Shown: positions 49,628 to 61,570 of the stretch, piece by piece
How positions within the stretch are numbered: position 1 is the stretch's first letter
Layout: every line of letters begins with the position of its first letter
Made by a program: the position numbers and the translations under genes
Notes under the pieces: generated by a model
The model's database searches: none
What the model was told of the DNA's origin: nothing
What the model saw: the letters and a program-made list of their open reading frames with translations, nothing else
Origin: Scyliorhinus canicula
Taxonomy: Eukaryota
Direction: 5' to 3'
NCBI RefSeq assembly: GCF_902713615.1
Contig: NC_052176.1
Span: forward strand, 2,976,001-3,040,000
Length of the DNA stretch: 64,000 nt

Positions 49628-50795
49628 TGTGGTGATTATGCATCACTGTAGATACACAAGGGGTTAATGTAAGTACATGTAGACTAGCTAGACACTGGAG
49701 GGAGCACCAGAGACATGACACACAGACATTCAACCAATAGGTCAGTTAGATAGGACACGACCAATGGACATTCACGATACACACAGCGGTGACACTACCA
49801 CAGGGGGGCATTACACCAACCCATATATAAAGGACACAGCACACATGGGGCGCGATTCTCCCAGAGGGGGAGAAATCGTAAGGCTGGCGTCAAATCCGGG
49901 CGGGTTTGACGCCAGCCCCCCCCTCCCCGACCGGGAACCGATTCTGGTCCCCGGTCGGGGCTAGCATGCCGCCGCCGTAAACTCCGGCATCGCGGGCTTA
50001 ATGAATTTCGTTAAGCCTGCTTGCCAGAGTTTGCGCCGGCTGACGCGTCATATGACGTCAGCCGTGCATGCGCGGATTGGAAGACTCAAACCCGCGCATG
50101 CGCGGATGACGTCATCGCGCATTTGCGCGAAACCCGCGCATGCGCGGGCCGGGATGCCCCTCAGTCGCCCCGCGAAGTGATACAGCGGGGCGGCGGAGGG
50201 ACAAAGAGTGTCCGCTGCCCGCGATCGGTGCCCACTGATCGCGGGCCCATGGCACCCTGGCACGGCCGTGGTACTGCCGTGCCAATCGGTGCCATGGTTT
50301 TAAAAATCGGGACTTTACGGCGTTTTTACGAACGGCCAGACCAGGTGTGTTTGCCGTTCGTAAAAACAGCCGTAAAGGGCTGGGAACTCGGCCCATCGGA
50401 CAGCTGAGAATCGCTGATGGCCGTAAAAAAACGGCGGCAGCGATTCGTATCGGGAGTCGGGCGTGGGGGGGGGGGGGGGAGAATAGCGGGAGGGCGTCGG
50501 ACTAGCGTGGCCGGAAAATTTTACGAGCCACGCTATTCTCCGCACCGTCGTGAGTGCGGAGAATTGCGCCCATGATCTTCCTCTTTCCAGTGGAGACACT
50601 CAGTGAGTACAGACACAGGGTTGATTCAACATCACACCCACCACGTGGATTATAGCAGACTGGTTCATCAGCCTGAGTAGGAGAATTGTTAATAGTTTAA
50701 TAAACGTGTTGAAGTTATCTCCATGTCTGAACCTTCCTTTGTCAGAGTGAACATCAAGAAAGCAGCTTATGCTACACCAAGAGCATAACAAGACA
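49628..50795 (+). mobile_element. Solo LTR (same family as 30881) split by a MITE
   Basis: TG...CA; TSD AGGAC; TATATAAA at ~49824; AATAAA at ~50699. Confidence 0.85.
49848..50571. mobile_element. GC-rich MITE inserted in a solo LTR
   Basis: TIRs; 3-bp TSD ATG, confirmed against the empty site in the 30881 LTR copy. Confidence 0.85.
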
Positions 50796-51399
50796 AGGAC
50801 CCAGACAAGGATCCCTATTTCTCCGGCGCATGCCCAACGCCGATTAACAAAGGAAAGAAAATACTATCTTGTTCAGACAAGAGAATGTCCCGAACATAAG
50901 GGGGCAAAAGGCCATAATAATGGACTCGAAACGTTAACCCTGGGACTTTCCGCTCCCGCCGGTTATTCGGCAGCAGAGGGTAGCCCACAGTTGGCCCCCA
51001 GCGGGATCCCACGACCGTGGCTAGGTCGAGGGTGCTTTGTGCGTAACTCGTCACTGCCCAGGCAGGGGGTGGCCAGTGGTGGGGCTGGAAGATCCCACCG
51101 CCGGGAAGGGCTGGAAAGACCCACCCCTTCTGCCTTCCTCTCCTCAGATGCTGCCAGACCGGCTGAGATTTTCCAGAACTTCCTGCTTTTATTCCATGTT
51201 GAGTTTGTGTGTGTTTATTTGGACCTCTGCAGCCCCCCCCCCCCCCCCCGGAATAAAAGATGGGGGGGGGGGCATTTGTCTATTATTGCTTTAATTTCGG
51301 GTATTAGTTTGGGTGTGGGGTACCCAGCAGCCCCCCACTGATTCCATTGACCTGTATCTGCTGCTGTTGCCTTTCCCGCGCTCTGAGGGGTTGTGAATT

Positions 51400-51522
51400 T
51401 ATGAATGGAGCGGCGTGATGACGTCTCCGGGATGAGTGCAGCTCCGATGACGCGACTCGGATGACGCACTAACCCCGCGCCGCGGCTGCCCGGCGCTCCC
51501 CGCCTGCGCCGGAAGTGTCGGT
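51400..51522 (+). promoter_or_regulatory. RCE1 CpG-island promoter
   Basis: CpG-rich; TGACG CRE-type sites at 51419, 51448 and 51462; ETS/GABP CCGGAAGT at 51509. Confidence 0.7.
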
Positions 51523-51653
51523 ATGTCGACGATGGCGGATCACGGCGGCGGTGCCGGGGGCCCTGAGCTGTGCTCCGTCTCGGTCGTCTCCTGCCTGCTG
51601 CTGGCCTGCGGCTACGTGGGCAGCCTGTACGTGTGGAGGAGCCAGTTGCCCAG
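51523..51653 (+). CDS. RCE1: RCE1 exon 1 (MSTMADH...[24 protein letters not shown]); alternative ATG at 51532
   Basis: Matches human [25 protein letters not shown]; donor CAG|GTAACG. Confidence 0.95.
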
Positions 51654-51719
51654 GTAACGCCGCCGCTGCCGCAGCGCTGAGGGCGAGCGAGTTGCCAGGG
51701 GCAACGCTGTTGCCCCGGG

Positions 51720-52630
51720 AGGGGGTCCCCTAATTGTCAATAGAGGGGTCCCCCCAATTGTCAATGGAGGGGGTCCCTCCAATTGTCAATGGAGGGGGTC
51801 CCTCCAATTGTCAATAGAGGGATCCCCCCAATTGTCAGTAGAGGGGTCCCCCAATTGTCAATAGAGGGGTCCCCCAATTGTCAATAGAGGGGTCCCTTCA
51901 ATTGTCAATAGAGGGGGTCCCCCAATTGTCAATAGAGGGGGTCCCCCAATTGTCAATAGAGGGGTCCCCCAATTGTCAATAGAGGGGGTCCCCCAATTGT
52001 CAATAGAGGGGGTCCCCCAATTGTCAATAGAGGGGGTCCCCCAATTGTCAATAGAGGGGGTCCCCCAATTGTCAATAGAGGGGGTCCCCCAATTGTCAAT
52101 AGAGGGGGTCCCCCAATTGTCAATAGAGGGGGTCCCTTCAATTGTCAATGGAGGGGGTCCCCCAATTGTCAATAGAGGGGGTCCCCCCAATTGTCAATAG
52201 AGGGGGTCCCTTCAATTGTCAATGGAGGGTTCCCCCAATTGTCAATGGAGGGGGTCCCCCAATTGTCAATGGAGGGGTTCCCCCAATTGTCAATGGAGGG
52301 GTTCCCCCAAGTGTCAATGGAGGGGGTTCCCCAAGTGTCAATAGAGGGGGTCCCCAATTGTCAATAGAGGGGGTCCCCCAATTGTCAATAGAGGGGGTCC
52401 CCAAATTGTCAATGGATGGGGTCCCCCCAATTGTCAATAGAGGGGGTCCCCCAATTGTCAATGGAGGGGGTCCCCCCAATTGTCAATGGAGGGGGTCCCC
52501 CAATTGTCAATGGAGGGGGTCCCCAAATTGTCAATGGAGGGGGTCCCCAAATTGTCAATGGAGGGGTCCCCCCAATTGTCAATGGAGGGGGTCCCCCAAT
52601 TGTCAATGGAGGGGGTCCCCCTATTGCCAA
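51720..52630. repeat. ~24-bp minisatellite (AATTGTCAATAGAGGGGGTCCCCC)n in RCE1 intron 1
   Basis: Direct tandem array; explains the 8-aa periodic ORFs in the track. Confidence 0.97.
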
Positions 52631-53836
52631 TGGAGTGGGGGGGGGGGGGTTTGACTACTCCGTTGCCAATGAGGGGGTCACTCCACCAATTGCAATGCTG
52701 CTGAGCAAGCAGCATCTGTGCCACCACTAATGCCTACGAATCAATCAGATTGTTAACAATGACCAGTGCGCAAATTGCCAACTTCTCTCCTGACTTACAA
52801 TTTATCTTTGCCAAAAGTGAAGGGTTGGAAAGTTGGAGCAACACCTCAAAAAATTATCCTTCGAATCCCTACAGTGCAGAAGGAGGCCATTCGGCCCATC
52901 GGTGCATCACTGATACACGAAAGAGACCTCGGCCCACGCCCCTATCCCCATCTCCATAAACTTGCGCATTGATCATGGCCAATCCACCTAACCACATCTT
53001 TGGGCTGTGGGAGGAAACAGGAGCACCCGGAGGAAACTCACACAGACACGGGGATAAGACACAGACACAGACTCTGCACAGACAGTGACCCTGCGGGGAG
53101 TCGAACCTGGGATCCTGGTGCTGTGAAGCCACAGTGCTAACCACTGTGCTTCCATGCTGCCCAAATGCTGGACTGGCAGCATCTGAAGTGACAAAGTTCC
53201 TGATAAATTGTCTCAAACCTCAATGGTTCATTTCAGCTCCAAAGTAGAGTCTTGTTAGATTTTGAGTTGCTGATCCTCGGGAGCCTCCAGGGAATAAAAG
53301 ATGGGTTAGAACATAGAACAGTACAGCACAGAACAGGCCCTTCGGCCCTCGATGTTGTGCCGAGCAATGATCACCCTACTCAAACCCACGTATCCACCCT
53401 ATACCTGTAACCCAACAACCCCCCCCCCCCCCCCTTACTTTTTAGGACACTATGGGCAATTTAGCATGGCCAATCCACCTAACCCGCACATCTTTGGACT
53501 ATGGGAGGAAACCGGAGCACCCGGAGGAAACCCACGCACACACGGGGAGGACGTGCAGACTCCGCACAGACAGTGACCCAGCCGGGAATCAAACCTGGGA
53601 CCCTGGAGCTGTGAAGCATTTATGCTAACCACCATGCTACCGTGCTGCCCTCACTGGGTTGCCAGGTCCAGGAATAAACCTCGAGCTGCAGTGGGTGTCC
53701 AGTTTCTCATTGTACGGTCTTTTTTTTTAGCTTCTCTCATTGTAGTTAACAAAAATGCTTGTTTCGATAAAGGTGTAGATTTCGCAGTGAGGTTCAGGTG
53801 CTTGCTGCATGTAATTCCCCGATGCTGTGTGTGTCT

Positions 53837-54015
53837 AGGGCTGTTTAGCACAGGGCTAAATTGCTGGCTTTAAAAGCAGACCAAGGCAAGCCAGCAGCAC
53901 GGTTCGATTCCTGTACCAGCCTCCCCGAACAGGCGCCGGAATGTGGCGACTAGGGGTTTTTCACAGTAACTTCATTTGAAGCCTACTCGTGACAATAAGC
54001 GATTTTCATTTTTTT
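53837..54015 (+). mobile_element. ~180-bp SINE with a different tRNA-like head and the 'GGAATGTGGCGAC' tail (also 4446, 4714, 11435, 12154, 20351, 28594)
   Basis: GGGGCTG(G)TTTAGCACAGGGCTA head, B-box GGTTCGATTCC, TTTCA tail. Confidence 0.85.
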
Positions 54016-55480
54016 CACTCCCAACCTTTTCAGCTGGGGCACGTTGCCAGAATTAGGACACTGATTTTCTCTCCTTATATTTCCACCAGTGACCAATACG
54101 GACATCGTTCCCTCTCTGAGATTTGGCATTGTTATCATTCTGTTTGGTTGAGCACGAGACCCACAGCTTATCTTTTTTCAGCAATGGACAAATATGAATT
54201 GGGGAGGGCAAGGCTATCCCATTGCCCCTCAAGCAGCCGGAAGTGCTACGTAAGGACTGTAGGGTCTGGTGAATATCAATGGTGCGTTATGTGTACTTTC
54301 AAATTCTTCCCCTGGGGATGGTGAGGCGATAAAGCGACTGTAGTGTGGGTGTGGGAATGGAGGTGAAATGAAAGTTGCCACAGTCCGCAAACACTGCTCT
54401 CCCCTTTTGAGAGAGAGCTCATTGGTGGGCAGCATGGTAGCACAAATGGATAGCACTGTGGCTCCACAGCGCCAGGGTCCCAGGTTCGATTCCCCGCTGG
54501 GTCACTGTCTGTGCGGAGTCTGCACGTTCTCCCCCCGTGTCTGCGTGGGTTTCCTCCGGGTGCTCCAGTTTCCTCCCACAGTCCAAAGACGTGCAGGTTA
54601 GGTGGATTGGCCGTGCTAAATTGTCCTTCGTGTCCAAAAAGGTTAGGAGAGGTTATTGGGTTACGGGGATAGGGGGGAAGTGAGGGCTTAAGTGGGTCAG
54701 TGCCGACTCGATGGGCCGAATGGCCGCCTCCTGCACTGTATGTTCCATGTTCTAAACTGAGGGTCACCACATCTCGGGCGTGGGGCAAGGTGGAGAAGGC
54801 GGAGCCTTGATGAATAACCTGAGCCGGTACGGGGATTGAACCCGCGCTGTTGACGTAGCTCTGCTTCACAAACCAGCCGTTCAGCCAACTGACCCCCCCA
54901 CTGGGAGACGAGAGCGGTTGACCAGCAGGTTTGGAATCCATTTCAAATCCGTATTCCAGTCAAACGAAGTTGGGAAGGGCAACCTGAAGACATGGGTTGA
55001 ATTTTCCATCTGTGCGCCCACCGCCCTCAACTCGCAGTTCTCCTCCACCTCTTGTCGACCCTTCAACTGTCTCTTGTGTTGTCGGCCTGCTTGTCTGACC
55101 CACTGTCCTGGAAAGGTCATCATTTTCTTCAGTTAATTCTGATGACGCAACCGCCTCCTTCCTCCAATTGGGCAGAGAATGGTGGTCATCAGTCCCCAGA
55201 GGCTCGGAGAGAGAGAGAGACAGAGACACTGCCTGATTGTAGGTTTGCAGGTACCAACTATAGCGCACTACTGAGGGACTGCGGCACTGTTGGAGACCCC
55301 GTCTTCAGATAAGATGTTGTGCTACTTCCCTGCCTCCCCACCCCACCTTTGAGATGGGACTTGAGAGATCATGTCTTTGACTAATTACAACGTGTCTCCA
55401 ATGTCAAGTGCTCCACACAAATCTTGTCTGTCTGAAAGAATTGCTCTTTTTCTTTTGTTTTGTGTGTGTGTGTATAACAG

Positions 55481-55583
55481 GGATCATCCCACTGTGATTA
55501 AACGGCGGTTCACCAGTGTCCTGATCGTCTCGATGCTATCCCCATTGTGGCTCTGGACATGGCGACAATACACGGGTTTCAAG
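55481..55583 (+). CDS. RCE1: RCE1 exon 2 ([18 protein letters not shown]...TGFK)
   Basis: Matches [18 protein letters not shown]; canonical AG/GT, phases consistent. Confidence 0.96.
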
Positions 55584-56105
55584 GTACGTCAGTACGTTCG
55601 TCAACCAACTGCGGCACCAGGTTGCTGTGATGGGGGGTGAATTTTGCCTGGTGGAGCAGATTCCTATTAAGACGCCTCCAATTCTGGCCTCTTGACCGTA
55701 CATGATTTGCGTCCCTGCGTTATTGGCAGCCATGGTAGCACAAGCGGGTAGCACTGTTGCTTCACAGCGCCAGGGTCCCAGGTTCGATTCCCGGCTTGGG
55801 TCACTGTCTGTGCGGAGTCTGCACGGTCTCCCCATGTCTGCGTGGGTTTCCTCCGGGTGCTCCGGTTTCCTCCCACAGTCCAAGCACGTCCAGGTTAGGT
55901 GGATTGGCCGTGATAAATTGCCCTTAGTGGCCAAAAAGGTTAGGAGGGGTTATTGGGTTATGGGGATAGGGTGGAAGTGAGGGCTTAAGTGGGTCTGTGC
56001 AGACTCGATGTGATGGGCCGAATGGCCTCCTTCTGCACTGCATGTTCTATGTTCATGCCTTCAGCATCCAGGGCCTTAAACTCTGACAAAGAGTCATCCA
56101 GACTC

Positions 56106-56877
56106 AAAGAACAAAGAAAAGTACAGCACAGGAACTGGCCCTTCGGCCCTCCAAGCCTGCTGACCATGCTGCCCGTCTAAACATAAATCTTCTGCACTTT
56201 CGGGGTCCGTATCCCTCTATTCCCATCCTATTCATGTATTTGTCAAGATGCCCCTTAAACTTCACTATCGCCCCTGCTTCCACCACCTCCTCCTCCGGCA
56301 GCGAGTTCCAGACACCCACTACCCTCTGTGTAAAAAACTTGCCTCGTACATCTCCTCTAAACCTTGCCCCTCGCACCTTAAACCTGTGCCCCTTAGTAAT
56401 TGACCCCTCTACCCTGGGGAAAAAGTCTCTGACTATCCACTCTGTCTATGCCCCTCATAATTTTGTAGACCTCTATCAGGTCGCCCCTCAACCTCCGTCG
56501 TTCCAGTGAGAACAAACCAAGTTTATTCAACCTCTCCTCATAGCTAATGCCCTCCATACCAGGCAACATCCTGGTAAATCTCTTCTGCACCCTCTCTAAA
56601 ACCTCCACATCCTTCTGGTAGTGTGGCGACCAGAATTGAACACTATACTCCAAGTTTGGCTACAGCTGCAACATGGCTTGCCAATTCTTATACTCAATGC
56701 CCCGTCCAACGAAGGCAAGCATGCCCTCTGCCTTCTTGATTACCTTCTCCACCTGTGTTGCCCCTTTCAGTGACCTGTGGACCTGTACACCTAGATCTTC
56801 TGACTTTCAATACTCTTGAGAGTTCTACCATTCACTGTATATTCCCTACCTGCATTAGACCTTCCAAAATGCATTAC
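56106..56877 (-). mobile_element. CR1 LINE 3' fragment
   Basis: Same subfamily as the 35170 copy. Confidence 0.88.
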
Positions 56878-58957
56878 CTTCCTCGAAACATTAGCTCCGT
56901 TCTCTGTCCACAGAGGCTGCCAGACCTGCTGAGGTTTGTCCAGTATTTTCTGTTTTGTTTCAGATTTCAGCATCCACAGTAATTTGCTTTTCCCTTAAGC
57001 TCTGGAATCCCTTCATTCAAACTGTCTGCCTCGCTCCCCTCCATTAAGGTTCTGCCTAAAACTCTCTCTGACCAAACTTTCGATTATTTCTAAAGTCTCA
57101 AACGGTAAACCCTGTTTGATGAGACGCCCGGGAACCAGCTGGAAATTTAACGCCATCGCACGCAGTAAGAAGACGATTTAACTTCAGCTTTAGTTGTACC
57201 TCCCTCCAGTCACTCGCTGGCAGCGGCAAATTGAAAGTGACCAATTTGAGCAAGTCATATGACCTCGGAAGATAAGAGATCATGGAATTTTCAGAGCAGA
57301 AGGAGGCCATTTGGCCCATCTGGTCTGCACCGGCCCTGGGAAAGAGCATTCTTACTTAACCCCTATCCCCGTGACCCCATCTAACTTTTTGGACATTAAG
57401 GCGTCAATCCATCTGACCCTGCACATCTTTGGACTTGTGGGAGGAAACCGGGGCACCCGGAGGAAACCCACGCGGACACGGGGGGAGAAAGTGCAGACTC
57501 CGCACAGACAGTGACCCAAGAGCGAGAATCGAACCGGGGACCCTGGAGCTGTGAGGCAGCGGCGCTAATGGCTGTGATGGGGAAACACACTTTTGAAATA
57601 GGCAGGTGTTTTCCCTGACGAGGTAAACTCACAGAAGCCGGTTGATCAGGGAGGTACAGGTCACGGTGATAGGTGTGAAAAGGGGCACCGGTCAGTGAGT
57701 GATAGAGGGGTGTTGGAGGCCATTTTATAACTGAGGTCACGCTGAGAGGCACTATACAAATGCGCATCCTGTAGAATTATCCATTTGAGTCGAGCGCCTG
57801 AAGAGACCTGCCCCGACGGCCCTGGAATTGACATTTGAGCTGTTGAATTTGAATCGCTGATTTTCAATGAGCAGTTTTGCGGGTCCTCTGCACCGACGTT
57901 GGACCGTTTCCGTTCTCCCACTCTGGCGAGCTACACGTTCCCACTGCGGACACTGCTTCTTCCCATTGGGAGCGTCAGTGTGACAGGTTAACCTCCAGTA
58001 CCCCAGTTCGCTGTTGAGACCATAATCCGTTGGAGCAGAGGTCGGCCATTCGGCCCATCGAGTCAGCTCCGCCATTCATTGGGGTCACGACTGATCATTA
58101 CGATAATCCTCACCTCCGCCATCCAGCCTTTCGTCCCCCCATAAACCTCGATTCCCTTACTGATTAAATCCAAATTATTATCGAGGTGTGTCAGCCAGCA
58201 ATCCAGATTTTAGCAATCCAATATTTGGATTCCAAGGTGACCAAGCTAACAGGGTATTAATGTAGCTGTCATAAACAGATAACCTCCATTTGTGCTATTC
58301 CAGTAACTTTATCCTGCCTGTGTTGGAATCAATTCTGTGACTTGGCACCAGTAATGGTCCAGGGGAAAACCTACTTGAATTAATCCCCTTCTTTTTTTTC
58401 TAAACGTTGTGCTTTTTATCTCAGAATTGTACTTTACCCAGTTCCCAGTCCTGTCTTACAGTTCTATAGTGCAGAAGGAGGCCATTCAGCCCATTGAGTC
58501 TGTACCGACCCTCCGAAAGAGCCCCCTACTTCGGCCCAGGCCTCCGCCCGTAACCCAGTAACCCCACCTAACCTTTTGGACACCAAGGGGCAATATAGCA
58601 CGGCCAATCCGCCCTAACCTACACATCTTTGGACTGTGGGAGGAAACCGGAGCACCCGGAGGAAACCCACACACACACGGGGAGGACGTGCAAACGACGA
58701 TCACCCGAGGTCAGAATTGAACCCAGGCTCCTGGCACTGTGAGGCAGGCGCTGTGTACCTCTCCAGCCATGCTTGCCAGTTTAATGGACGGTTAGGTTTC
58801 ACTGATCAAATGTGCTTGCCCAGCTGCTTTGTTGCAATGCTAATGTCGGCACTGTGGCATTAGCACTGGCGTGCAGAGCTGAGGGATCCGGCTTGAGATC
58901 TGTGTTTCGGCACGGCCCTGAGCTGGACAAGGCGAGGCTGGTATTGGACACTGGGTT

Positions 58958-59757
58958 AGAGTTTAATTTGCATAAATGTGAGGTGATGCATTTTGGTAGA
59001 TCAAATCCGGGCAGGACCGACTCAGTTAATGGTAGGGAGTTGGGGAGAGTTACAGAACAAAGAGACCTAGGGGTACAGGATCATCGCTCCGTGAAGGTGG
59101 AGTCGCAGGTGGACAGGGTGGTGAAGAAGGCATTCAGCATGCTGGGTTTTATTGGGCAGAATATTGAATACAGGGGTGGGGACGTCTTGTTGAAGTTGTA
59201 CAAGACATTGGTCAGACCACACATGGAATACCGTGTTCAGTTCTGGTCACCCTATTATAGGAAGGAGATTGTTAAACTAGAAAGAGCGCAGAAGAGATTT
59301 ACGAGGATGCTACCAGGATTTGATGGTCTGAGTTATAAGGAGAGGCCAGATAGACTGGGACTTTTTTCCCTGGAGCGTAGGAGGCTTAGGGGTGATCTTA
59401 TAGAGGTCGATAAAATAATGAGGGGCAGGGATAAGGTAGATAGTCAACATCTTTTTCCAAAGGTAGAGGAGTCTAGAACTGGAGGGCATAGGTTAAAGGT
59501 GAGAGGGGAGAGATACAAAAGAGACCAGAGGGGAAATTTCTTCACACAGAGGGTGGTGAGGGTCAGGGACGGGCTGCCAGAGGCAGTGGTAGAGGCGGCT
59601 ACGATTTTGTCTTTTAAAAAGCAGTTACATGGGCAGGGCGGGTATAGAGGGATATGGGCCAAATGCGGGCAAGTGGAACTAGCTTAGTGATAGCAACTGG
59701 GCGGCACGGACCAGCTGGGCCGAAGGGCCTGTTTCCGTGCTGTGAACCGCTATGACT
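58958..59757 (+). mobile_element. CR1 LINE 3' fragment (the 291-aa ORF in the track)
   Basis: FNLHKCEVMHFG...LYKTLVRPH...RDQRGNFFTQRVV; lacks the RT core. Confidence 0.92.
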
Positions 59758-59848
59758 CTCGGGAATGACGTGGCATCAGTTGGAGTCACGGTGCTTTGTG
59801 TACACCGGACAAGACCAGTGGGCCTGACTGCTTGCATGTTTTGATTAG

Positions 59849-59932
59849 ACAGGTCCATCGCTGCTGATGCTAATGGGCGTTCACTTGGATGGGATCATTG
59901 CCGCAGCCTGCCTTCCGCTCCTGCTGACCATG
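59849..59932 (+). CDS. RCE1: RCE1 exon 3 (TGPSLLMLMGVHLDGIIAAACLPLLLTM)
   Basis: Matches [25 protein letters not shown]; ttag| and |gtgagt. Confidence 0.95.
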
Positions 59933-60174
59933 GTGAGTGCACAGGAGGAGGAAGTAACTTTCAGAATGGCGCTCTGGGGCTGCAGGTTGGCAGGCTCTTC
60001 TGCAAAGCCAGGAGCTAAAACAGTTCCACGCACTTGTGTAGCAAATGTTAAACTTGTGTAGAACGTTTGTCAGGATAATGTGTACATTTCTAATCTCCAT
60101 ATTAAAGCAAGGACATGGAGGAACTGAAAGGTGCAATAACGAATTGACAAGAACAATAACCACAAAATGGGAGG

Positions 60175-61176
60175 TGTTATGGGCCAGGGCTGAGAAACTC
60201 CAAAGTGTATTATGAAGTTCACCTGACCTTTAAAACATAGAACATACAGTGCAGAAGGAGGCCATTCGGCCCATCGAGTCTGCACCAACCCACTTAAGCC
60301 CTCACTTCCACCCTAACCCAGTAACCCCTCCTAACCTTTTTGGTCACTAAGGGGTAATTAATCACGGCCAGTCCACCCTAACCTGCACGTCTTTGGACTG
60401 TGGGAGGAAACCGGAGCACCTGGAGGAAAACCCACGCAGCAGACATGGGGAGGATGTGCAGACGCCGCACAGACAGTGACCCAAGCCGGAATCTAACCTG
60501 GGACCCTGGAGCTGAGAAGCAATTATGCTATCCACTGTGCTACCGTGCTGCCCTACAACCTTTATGTTGAATTTGGGTTGAGCACAAAAGCCTTCGCTGC
60601 AAGTGTGATTCATCAGACTTCCTAGACAATTTAATCAAAACAAAGTTTATTCTAAGAATGTAGTTAACATATATATATAAAATATATATATAAACATAGC
60701 AAGAATTTTTTTATCAATAACCAACATAAAGACACCACACAGGTACAGTAATCTATGTATAACACTTAATGAATTCCCCCTTAACTGTTCCAATTCAGTA
60801 ACAAAATGCAATTAAACCAAAACCCCTTTTCAAGGGCGTGGCCCAGCACACTGTCATCGCGCTTGAATGGGACTTGTCCTTTCCCTGAGATTCTGATCCA
60901 GTTCCAAACAGCACATTCAAAACTCCTTCCGGAAAACAACTCTTATCTTTAAAGTTACCAAGGTAGTTAGCCACAACCAATGTGCTGTTTACTAGAACAG
61001 CTGTGAAAATGAAAACGAGAGAAAAACACTTCTTTCTCCTTCTACAGACCAAAGCAGTCAAACTGAAACCAAAATCTTTTTTTTTAAAAACCCTCTCACC
61101 TGACAGCCACAGCCCAATGTGCTACACGTCGTATGATAAGAGACTAAACGTTTCTTAAAGGGCCACTCACATGACA
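60175..61176 (-). mobile_element. Solo LTR, 4-bp-TSD family, with nested HE1 SINE (60235-60553)
   Basis: TG...CA; TSD GAGG. Confidence 0.8.
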
Positions 61177-61491
61177 GAGGTTCTACCTATCGAGGGAGAC
61201 TGAATATCCTTTCTCAAGAAAAGAGAAGGCTTGAGGGGTGACCTTGAAGGAATCTTTTGAGATGTACAACGTAAATGTTTGTGAGTGGGTTGACGCAGAG
61301 AAGATGTTTCCACTTGTGGGGGTGTCCAAAATGAGGAGCCACCCAGATCGGAGATTCGCTCATCGATCCGAGAAGGATTTCGGGAGGGAGAGGGTGGTGA
61401 GTAGTGCTGAGATTGTGGGACGTGTTGAGGGAGTGGCCGAGGTGCGTGTGGAATTTGTGTCGAATTAAAAGCGTTTCTCTCTGCCCCGCAG

Positions 61492-61570
61492 GTGCTGTTT
61501 TTCGGGCCGCTGATTCAGCTGGTCATGGACTATCCGTGGGATTTGTTCGAAGGGATGAAGACGTTTCTAG
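61492..61570 (+). CDS. RCE1: RCE1 exon 4 (VLFFGPLIQLVMDYPWDLFEGMKTFL); gene continues beyond window
   Basis: Matches ILFLGPLMQLSMDCPCDL; cgcag| and |gtgagc. Confidence 0.95.

Noticed and set aside
51720-52630. CRISPR-like array
   Set aside because: No unique spacers, no cas genes, vertebrate context; it is a plain tandem repeat.
58812-59687. 291-aa ORF as a host or domesticated gene
   Set aside because: 5'-truncated CR1 ORF2 C-terminus with a chance upstream extension.
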